Assembly (NCBI RefSeq): GCF_001194135.2
Contig: NC_068981.1
Coordinates: 156,262,969 to 156,326,968 of the forward strand
Length of the DNA: 64,000 nucleotides
DNA from: Octopus bimaculoides
Taxonomy: Eukaryota
Direction: 5' to 3'
The notes below the pieces were generated by a model. That model had not been told where the DNA came from and did no database searches. It worked only from the letters and a program-made list of their open reading frames with translations. The position numbers and the translations under genes are program-made. Positions 40,001 to 51,381 of this stretch are shown piece after piece (position 1 is the stretch's first letter; each line of letters starts with the position of its first letter).

Positions 40001-43000
40001 CAAATGTAACAACTTAAAAACCCTGGTTAATATTTTGATGAGACAATCATTTATGCCTTCTTTGAACAACTGGTTGTAAGCATTTACAGGGTGTTCAGGC
40101 TAAATTTGACAGTTTGTATAAAAGGAAACACAATATCCCATCCAAAAATACAAGTATTTTAGAATATAAAAAAATATCAAGTGATTATGGCTGAGAGATA
40201 AAGGTTTACTCAAAGCAGCCACTCTCAGCTTCCACCATGGCTTGAAGGTGGCTCTGGAACCTGACACATGTTCCTCACTGTGTCCTTGGGAAGATCTTCG
40301 AATACCTCCTTGATCTTGGCCACCAGCTCAGCTTTGATGTTGCAGGCAGAGCAGTTGATATCTTTATCAATGCACCCCACACATTGTAATCCATGGAATT
40401 ACAATATAGGGAATTAGGAGGCCAGAAGTTGGGGCTGATGAAGTCATAGAAATTCTCTGACAACCACAGCTGCCTCTTTCTGGCAGTATGGCTAGGAGCC
40501 AAATCTTGCTACTACACATATGGCCTTCCAACAGCAACACTGTCCTGCCAGAGATTGACCAGTCTCCAGCAGCTTCACTTGGTTACCTGAATTAAGCCTA
40601 AGGCTTTGTTTATAGATGTGGGGATGAATTCTGACGTGCAGACATAGTCGGAATACCTGTGTTGTCCCTTCCTGCTGGTTACAGCTTTATAGTCTCCATT
40701 GCAACTGTCCATGTCATGTCTTACAGCTTTTACAGTGTTCAGCAGTGATGATGACAGCATTTTGATACCCAGTGCAAATCATCATGATACAGGTAACTTT
40801 TCACCTGTATTCAGATGGCTTCTAGTCCAACATGTCAGCTATTTTTCTCAACTTCAATTTTAGTCATTATGTTCTCCAACATTGCTGACTGTTCCAGAAA
40901 AAAGGTTGTCATAAAAATCATCAAATTTAGTCTGAACATTCTGTATTATAATTTTTATGTAAATGTATTCATTTTTATATGAAATACATATGTATGTAAA
41001 TTTGTATTCTTTACAGTACTCTGGAGACCAAGATGATAAACAGTGGTTATTTGATAACCACCATATGCCTGCTATCGGAGGAAAAGCCTATATATTGTTA
41101 TATAATGACATCGAAAACCTTGCTAATACTGATGAATATCGGTAAGTTGAGATGCTTTATTTAAAGTTAAAATAACATTTGCTTGTGTATCATAAATATA
41201 AATAATACCTTGAATAATTTTAAATTTTCTTTTGACAATTTTATTCTTTATTCTTTTATGTTTTGGTTTTGATATCATGTTGTACTTCCTTTATGCTTTA
41301 TTCCCTGTAACTTTATTATTTCTTTTTATTTCAGTAACTATTTGGCAATTTGGCACTTCCTACTTTAGATATTAAAATGTATTGTTATATATTATAACAT
41401 AATAGCTTATTGTGTAATAGCTTTTTTTTAATTACTATTCCAATTTTTATTATTTGATTGTACTAGTAATTTATTAATTTTATCATTCAATTTTCATAAT
41501 GGTTTAGTAATTATTATGAGTGTAATATCATCATTATCATTGTACATCTGTCTTCCTGGCATGAGCTGGTTATGTTTCACATCTCATCACCCCCACTCCT
41601 TTGTCATCTGGTACACATGACAACAAGGAAAACCTAACCAACTGTATTGTTGTGTATCTCATTATTTTTAGCATGATTTTTATAGCTGGTTGCACTTCCC
41701 ATCAACAGCCACTTTACAATGTAGACATATTAGTAATTGGGATCTATTTTAAAACGGGGGCCACATTTTTCATTAATGTTTTACGTAGTGTTTTTGGTAC
41801 GGAAAGACTTTCAAACTTCGTATACTTATCTATTTTGTGTTATAGAGCAGAAAAATATTTTTGTATTCGAATTTATTTCATGTAAAAAATTGTCTTATTT
41901 CGATAATTTCAACCAATCACTAACAAGTATTCAGTTGTTTACATTTACTCCTTTGGCTGATTAAGCGATGTAAAGCGTATTTAATCTCCATACCTTCGTT
42001 TTATTTGCTTTTTTCATCTTAAATTTGCTTTAACCCCTAACCCTAACCTTAGGGTTAGGGTTAATTGTTTCAGAATCGTTTGTTTATGTAGTCGGCACTT
42101 AATGTATATCGGCTGAATGGACGTCAGTGATTGGTTGAAATTACAGAAATACGACAACTTTAATATGGAATAACTTAGGGATTTCTTTTTTTTTTAAGAA
42201 GACTAAGAGAAAAAGATGTTTTATATGACACATTCTACCAGTGCTCCAAGTTTCAAAGTGTTTCGTTAATGAAAAATGTGGCCCCCGTTTTAAAAAAGAT
42301 CCAGTAATTGTAATTAAATCAAAAAACTAATAATTATATAATTATGATGAGATAACAGACTTTTTGCTCTTTTATTCCTAAGTTAGTAATTTCCAAAATA
42401 AAACATATTTCTGCCTCTTTGCCAAATTAAACTATATTTTTAATCTTAATTATTTTTTGTTCTAAAATATTAAGGTTTTTTTAGTTTTTTTCTTTTTTTT
42501 GTGGACTTTTTGTTTTTGTTTGTTTTGTTTTTTTTTGACACATTAAATTTCATGCAAGGTTGCTTTTGTCTTGCTGTTTTAGTTCTTTATATCATATGAA
42601 AGAACTATATACTGACATTGTAAGACACCAAGCTACCAATATTCACCAANNNNNNNNNNATTACTTCTTTCTACTGTTGAAGTGTTGCTGTTTAGTAACA
42701 CTTGTCAACATTGATCAAGCATCTGCTGTCCAGCATTGAAAAATTTTGTCACCATTATAATTTGGACATCCTAGCTTTTGCACTGTCAGTTAACGCTTAA
42801 ACATATGTCCAGAGTATACTATAGTGCCAGAGGCAAGAAAAAAAGCCATATCATCAGAAACAATGTTTTATTTATTCAGCTAGTGTGACTTATCGCTTAT
42901 CTTGACAGAATATACAAAGTTTTGTTTGAAATTAAAAAAATTTAGTTGATGTGTTTGGTTTGCTTCTCTTAAAAACACTAAAAATGTTGGTGGGGTGAAT

Positions 43001-46000
43001 TTAACTTGACATTTGTTTTGTTTTTTGTTTTTTCATTTTCTATATTTGAAGCAAGTTTGTTGCTTTGTGCTTCGTCTGAATTTGAATGACATCAAAACAA
43101 TTTCACTAATGTCAATTTCCATTCTACAGGGAAAATCCCAATGTGATACTCAATGAATTGGTGCTTTTCAAGGTTCCTCTTTGGATGTTAGAAAAGATGA
43201 AAATACAAATGAATGCTTTACGTACAGATCTTCCTAAAACCAAAACTCCAAGCATAAACAATATACATTCCAACGATACAATTATTTCATTGACTAAAGA
43301 AGTACAACCAGCAGTCATTCAGGTAAATTACTAAACTCCTTTATCTAAGACAATCTAAACTTTATTTACTGCATAAGCAGTAACCTAACATTAATAATTA
43401 CATTCTTAACTCATCTCCCAATTATGAGTGTTTACAGTGATTACTGCAACAAAACTTTTCCTTAATCATTACTAGCTAAATTGAAAACAGGTTGGAAAAT
43501 GAATGTATCATAGATTCTGAAGAAAGGACAGTATGAAAACTGAAAGAGATCCTGGCCAGACATAAGTTCAAAGAAGTAGTAGTTGATGCATATGACAAGA
43601 AGGGGTAGGAGATAAAAGCTTATAATATAGAGAGCATTTAGGAGGCAATCTACTGCAGACCACTGACCAGAATTGTGACTGGTGCAAAGTTTTTGCCAGA
43701 CAAAATGTGACATGGTGGTGGAATAGCACAGGAGATAAAGTCATAGATGCTGAAAATTAAAAAAAGGAGCAAGGAACAATATCAAATAGAAGAGAAGCTA
43801 TATGTCATGTGTATGTACCATAAGTAAACCCAACAGAACGACCATATATTTAAAGTTGACATCATCATCATCATCATCATCATCGTTTAACGTCCGCTTT
43901 CCATGCTAGCATGGGTTGGACGATTTGACTGAGGACTGGTGAAACCGGATGGCAACACCAGGCTCCAGTCTGATTTGGCAGAGTTTCTAGATAAGCGATT
44001 TGACAGTTATACACTCAAATGTGCAATTAAAATATGATGGCATGAAAAGCAGCTGGACCATCAGGGATGGTTGCTGAAATGGTGAAAATACTCAATAATA
44101 TTAGACACATTAGTCAGTCGTGTAGTCGTCATATCCAGCGACTGGTGTAACAGTATCATCAACAACTGTTACAAAGGCAAAGAAGATATTCTAGAAGAAA
44201 GCCACAACAGAAGCATCAAACTGATGGACCACGTTAAGAAAATAATGGAAATAGTTATGATTAGTAAAAGAGGCAGATTAGATAAAATGCAGTTCAGGTT
44301 TGTGACAGAATAGGGCACCACTAATGCACTCTTCATAATGAAACAACTTCAGAAGTTCTTAGCTTTAGAGCAAGCAACTTCATCCAGCATTCATTTACCT
44401 GGAGAAGGTTTTGACAGGCTACCACACTCTGTAGTCTGTCTTGTGGTTGCTAAGAAAACTAGGTGATGAATGGCTTGTATGAACTGTGCAAGACATATAC
44501 AGAGATGTCATCAGAAAAGTGAAAGCCAACAATGAGTTCAGTGAGGAGTTTAGCATGAAGGTAGGTGTCCATCAGGATTTGGTTCTTAGCCTCCTACTAT
44601 TTACTATAGTTCTCCAGGTTATAACAGAGGTGTTTAAGACTTCACATCTATCAGAATTCCTGTATGTTGATGAACTGTTTCTTATAGTTGAATTTGCTGA
44701 AGATTTAGAGAAAAAACAATTGCAGCGTGGAAGGTGTTTATAAGCCATTTAAGAAACACACATGCAGCACAGAATTTTGTCAGTGAACAGGTTGCGGTCT
44801 CAAAGCGACGAAAATATTTTGACACAAATTAAATTTAAATGTTGAAGTGAATCTAACGGTTTTTGTGTGTTTCTTAAATGGCTTATAAACACCTTCCACG
44901 CTGCAATTGTTTTCGTTCCAGCACACGATCTCAGATCAGGTCACTTGCTATGCAAGTACATCTCCGTAATTAGAGAAAAAAATTTCAAATATAGAAGCAA
45001 TAACTAGAATAAAGAAACCTCAAGGTAATCATCATCATCATCATTTAACATCCGCTTTCCATGCTGGCATGGCTTGGATGATTTGACTGAAAACTTTTAA
45101 GCCAAGGGGCTGCACCAGGTTCCAATCTGATTTGGCAAGGTTTCTATGGTTGGATGCCCTTCCTAATGCCAACCACTCTGAGAATGTAGTGGGTGTTTTT
45201 TACATGCCACCAGCACAGGTGCCATTGACCTGACACCGGCATTGGCTATGACTACAATCTCACTTGGCTTGACAGGTCTGTCCAGAAAATAGAAGATAGA
45301 TGAAAAACAGTGACACTGAAAATGATGGGAAATTTATGCACTTTCTGTAATCATATGTAAAACAGATTCACACCACAAAGTAAATGAGTATTTTCTCTCT
45401 CGCTCACTCATCTGAGTGTTGCCTGTTTTATTCATTTGCCTTTTACAGTTTAACTTGTTTAACCTTCAGTATAAATTTTTTTTTTTAAATGTTGCTTAGC
45501 ATTTTCTAAGGTCATTTGTTTCATTGTTTTAAATAATACAATTTCCATTGCAAATATCCTGTTGTTTGAGTTCAGACAATTATCATGTAGGTACCTTCTA
45601 TTTTCGCTTCATGAGAAAATGAAACTTAGTAGAAATTACTTATTGAAAAGGAATATTTCTTTAGTAAACTTGTTTTTTTTTTATATTGATATTCATAAGT
45701 ACTGCAATTAGTACAACTTAACTATCTTGATTTAAATAAACCTCTTACATTTGTAGATTCAATAAACTAGATACCTAAAGCTGCTAGTAGAGGCATAGTA
45801 TTTCAGTATTGACAATTATTAAGGAATTAAATGTTTGCATGTCTTTATAGGTTGCTGAGCTAGATAAATAATGAACAAGTAGAGAAGTTACATAACTTCT
45901 GGTTTAGATTGTTAAAACAGTATAGAAGAAATGTAACTCAATACCATACTATAATTAACATAAGCTAGCAAAGAAGCTTCTATGATGTTACTAAACCTGC

Positions 46001-46428
46001 TAGAAATAGCAGTTAAATTTCTCTCTACCATCTTAAATAAGAAAATCTCACAGTAAGAAAGTCCTAGACACATCCCTTGAAAAAATGGAGTGTTTATGGC
46101 TGGAATGCCTCTATTCATACTTTTGTTTGATGGGAGTGACATCTAAAAATCATATATTCAGCGACTGAAGTTTTAGGCTACATCATTATCATCATCATCT
46201 TAATGTCCAGTTTTCCTTCTCTGCATGCATCGGATGGGGTTTATTGAGACAGATTTTCTACAGCCGGACCCCCCTTGTTGCCAACTTCTGTTTTGAAGCA
46301 AGACATGTTTGTGCAGAATATTGGATGAATAACACCCATTTACAAAAATCCTGCAATGTCAAGACAAAGAATCTCACACACACACACACACACACACGCA
46401 CGCACGCATGCACACACACACACACACA

Positions 46429-46483
<55 letters not shown>

Positions 46484-49400
46484 TCACACACACACTCTCC
46501 CTCTCTTTCTCTATCTCTCTCACTTTCTCTCTCTCTCTCTCGCACACACAACACACACACACACACACAACAAGCTTCTTTCGTCTTCCATCTATCAAAT
46601 CTAAGTCATGGCTTTAGTTGGTTTGGATCCGACTGAAGTAGAAGACACTTGCCCAAGATGGGTATCCTTATTCACAGATTCGCTTAATGATGACTTTTTT
46701 CTAGGTTCATTCAGTAAGTAATGAATCATTATAGAAGTTTCATTACTGTAATAAGGTAATTAGACTTTAATGCAAAAAAATTCAATAAAGGTAGATTGTT
46801 TCATTTAAATGCTATTAACTAGGTATTAAAGAACAGTAAAAAATTTGATTAAAGTTATACTGATGTTAGTGAAGGCATGTAGCCTGGAGATTAGCACACT
46901 ATACTCACAACCATAAGATTGTGGTTTCAATTCCTGTGCCAGGCATGTGTTGTGTTGTTGAGCAAAACACTTCATTTCACATTACTCCAGTTCACTCAGC
47001 TATAAACCAGTCCCAGCAATAGCTAGGAAGTTAATCTTGTGATGGGACCAGCTTACCATTCAATGGGACTCTTATGACGTCAGTCACTTGTACACAATGG
47101 AAATCAAATTAAAAAACAAAATTGGGGTCTTATGAGTCTAGGGCTTATGACAGACCAATACAGACTAGATTTGCAAACTAGACAAGTTACACCAGTAATT
47201 CAGGAAAATAATTATTTAAATATAAAAATAAACATACACAAGTATCTAAAATGAAGCGCTTTGTTATTTTTTTCTTTGACTTTTAGAGCATGTTTAGTAT
47301 TGGCTCTAAGTTTACTAAAGTAATCTTGTGAAAAACAACTGTGCTTCCATACTTTTGAAAATTGCAATCAGTAATACATGCCCCATCCCTCAGAAAATAT
47401 ACACACACACACACACATCTTTTTGAGTAAATATCCTATATACTTTTTTAGTCATTTAAGATCTGCAATAGTGGTTTGGCTATGCTTCACTGATAATGTC
47501 TAATGAGACCGACAGATGTCTGATATTGTCATAGCACTGCTAAAGATCAGACTCACTTCACTCTGCATTCCATACTTAATTAATTTTAATTATTTGAAAT
47601 CTCATATTTAAAAGAAAATATAAAAATTAGTCTTTTAAATTATGATTGTTCTCATCACCAAGGGTGCCATTTTTATTGATTAATTTTTTTAATTTATGAC
47701 ATCAAAGATACTAGCTTCCATTTTACTACAATATTTGCTCTACTTGCTGATAAGGGAAAAAAGACTTAGTTATCAATTAAGATTGCTTTTCTTTTTATAC
47801 ATAGATTAACATACTTAGTTTAATATTCCAGTCATTAAATATAGTTTCACTTAAATAACTCTCTGCATTTACTCTAGAAATGTTTAAGCAGATTTTATAT
47901 TGAGAATCAAAGTAAAGTAAAATTATTCATCCTTTGCTGCATTTGTCCATTTGATTATTCCATTGTAATTATAAAGAAACCGTCATGATTCGGTTTCTAC
48001 TACGAAGTCTCTTCTATATTATAGTCCTCCAGTTCCACTGAAGTCCTCGCAAGCAAACTTCCATTTACAAGATTTTTATATGATGATAGCATTAAGCCTG
48101 TTTGTGAGGTAAATTTACTTATATCTTTGTGTAAAAATGTAATTTGAAGCATTTTGGATGTACTTGTGTTGGAAGCTTCATAATGCTCTCAATGTTTTAC
48201 AAAAATTATATTTCTCTTGGCATTTCTAATGTATATAAATCACATTTTGTTGGTTTTGGAGGGACTGCAAAAGTTACAGATTCAACCTATCCTCATTAGT
48301 AATAAAAAAAAAAGGACTTAAATTGGTCAAACTAAAATAATATGCTTGTTGCTGGCATTTCATTCAACATTGGAGAGTTACTTATTATATGAGAAAATAG
48401 TTCTTAAAAGATAAAGCTAGAGATTTGTTTGAATTGTTTTTGTTCTTTAAGCAGTTTATTAAATTGTTAAACATCGCAGAGATGTCCTGCTTGAAATAGT
48501 GGGTTGGGACCTAAACTAATTTGATGTTTTACTGCCGTGAGTTCAAGTCTCACAAGATGACTTTGTGCAACATGATACCTCATGCAAGGAAACATTTCAG
48601 TGTTGCATTGTTGAGAGAGGAATGGTGAAAGTAGCAGTAAAGGTATTATTGTTGGCCATGCACACAAAGCAAAAAACACAGGTTTTAAATTCTTGAAAAT
48701 GGGTCTGTGATTGTTTTTCTATTTCAAATTGTTTTACAAATGTAAAACATTTACTAGTGTTTATATATGAAACTGCTGTGGGGTCATGACATAGACATTG
48801 AATGTGTATGTACATGCTTTGGTATGTATATTTATATGCATATATATATATTGGGTCATCCCATAAATAATGTTTTTTTTTTTTCAATTGCATGAACTAA
48901 AAGTCAGAGAGGGAAGAGAAAAGCTACCTACATCAACTTGCTATAAAAGCAGGTAGTAATTCTACCTTGTCTTGACTGAAACAAGTAAAAATTAAAGAAT
49001 ATATATATATATTGGGTCATCCTATAAATAATGGCGGTTTTTTCAATTGTATGAACTAAAAGTTGGATAAACTACCCGCTTCAACTTGCTATAAAAGCAG
49101 GTATTAATTTAACCTTGTCCTTATCCTTAATGCTGTTCTAAAGAGTGCAGTTCGATTTTAACAGTTATTTTTCCAAAGCTGTAATGGAAGTAACAAAGGA
49201 GCATATTCGGCATATTTTGCTCTATGAGTTCAATAAAGGTAACAAAGCAATGGAAAGTGTGAGGAATATTAATGCAGTATATGGGGATTGGACAACAAGC
49301 GTAAGTGGTTCCAGAAATTCCGAGCTAGAAACTACAACCTAGAAGATGCAGAGCTTAATGATGATTTCTTACAAACCCTGGTGGAACAAAATCTCGTAAC

Positions 49401-51334
49401 TGTTGAAAAACTAGCAGAGAAGCTTGGATTTGGTCATTCAACCATTCATCAACATCTGCATGCCATCAGAAAAGTCAGCAAATTGGGTCAGTGGGTTCCT
49501 CACAAATTTTCCGAGTCTAATCATGTGCAGAGAGTGAGTGTGTGCTCTTTTTTGCTGTCATGTCTCACAAATGAACCTTTATTGGACCAAATAGTGACTG
49601 GTGTTGAGAAATGGATTCTCTATAAAAATGTCAAGCACCGAAGACAGCAGGTAGGAAAAAGAGAAACACCGGCACCTCAGGCTAAAGAAGGTCTACACCC
49701 ACATAAGGTGTTGTTATCTAATTGATGGGATATGAAAGGTTTAGTCCACTTTGAACTTTTAAACCCAAACCAAACAATAGCAAAAGAGATCTACTGTGAG
49801 CAGCTTAAGTCAGTGCTAGAAGAAAAACGACCATCTTTGGTTTCAAGATGAAAGATGTTCTTCCATCAGGATAATGCTCGGCCACATACAGTGAGGATGA
49901 CATTCTAAAGGCTGGAGCAGTTTGAATGGGAAGCAATGCCCCACCCACCATATTTGCCAGACATTGCGCCATCTGATTATCATTTATTCCACAGTCTTCA
50001 AAATGGATCTTCTATCGAAAGGTTAAACGTCGTAAACAGTGGCTTGGTAAAAGGGAAGAAGCTCAACCACAACCGAGAAGGGAACTTCATGAGAAAAAGG
50101 TTCTTCTCTCTATCTGGTGGGATTGCAAAGGAGTAATTCATTTTGAATTGTTACCTCTAGTGCAACAATTAATGCTCAAGTCTACTGTCAGCAATTAGAG
50201 CGTTTGAACCAAGCTTTGAAGAAAAAAAAACCCGCTTTAGTGAATCGAAAAGTAGTGATGTTTCATCAGGACAATGCATGACCCCACACTGCAAAGATCG
50301 CATCACAGAAGATCGAAGAGCTTGGGAAAAAATTCCTCATCCACGTTATTCTCCCAACCTTGCTCCTTCAGACAACCATTTGTTTCATAGTTTACAGAAT
50401 CATTTGTGGGACATAACTTTCGCAAGCCAGGAGGAGGTCGAAACTGACATTTCAGAGATCTTTGCTTTGAAACCAAAAGAGTTTTACATTGCTGGGATTA
50501 AAAAGCTTGTAAATAGATGGAAGGAAGTCATAGTTAATCAGGGAAAGTACATTGATGATTAAATTTCAATTAAGTATAACATTTGATCATTTGTTTTCTT
50601 TATTCAAAATTTGGACACAACTTATGGGATGACCTGATAGTTGAGACTGAAGATAATGAAACTGAGGCTGACGATGACAAATTTGAGATTGACATTTTGA
50701 CATTGATGTGATTGAGGTTGATAATATAGAATTTGATAGGTAACCCTGTATATTAAGTAAAGAGGCATATTCTACCAAACATTTGAATCAATTATTACTA
50801 CACAACTACACAAAATTCTGTATTGATATGTAATTGTGTTAACTGTAAAATGATAATTATAATGTGTAATTGAATGGTTTATAATATCTTTGTTATCAAC
50901 AGTTTCATTTTAGCATTTGTTATCATTGCTATTATTTAATCTAAACCATCACTGGATTAGCTGACCAAGGGTTAAAATATTCCAACCTGATATTTTTATA
51001 TCCAGCACTATATTTTCCAGTGTGTATTTCCTTTAAGATATGATTTGAGAGAGGTTTCAGTACTATTTCTAGCAAGTTGAATGACTGCATAGACGCTCTT
51101 GCACTGGGTTGCTCCTTTGTAGTTTCTGAGTTTATTCTTTTGTTCTTTTATTCGTTTTAGTCATTTGACTGCAGCCATGTTGGGGCACCACCTTTAGTCG
51201 AACAAATTGGCCCCAGGATTTATTCTTGGAAGTCTAGTACTTATTTTAAGTCTTATTTGCTGAACCATTAAGTTACAGGTTTGTATACACCCCAACATAG
51301 GTTGTGAAGCAATGGTGGGGAGATACACAAATAC

Positions 51335-51381
<47 letters not shown>

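Larger units (their letters stand above)
44050..45025 (+). mobile_element. RTE reverse-transcriptase fragment hosting a Penelope-like insertion
   Basis: MQFRFV...GTTNALFIMKQLQ; FSMKVGVHQDLVLSLLLFTIVL; FLYVDEL (decayed YADD). Confidence 0.85.
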
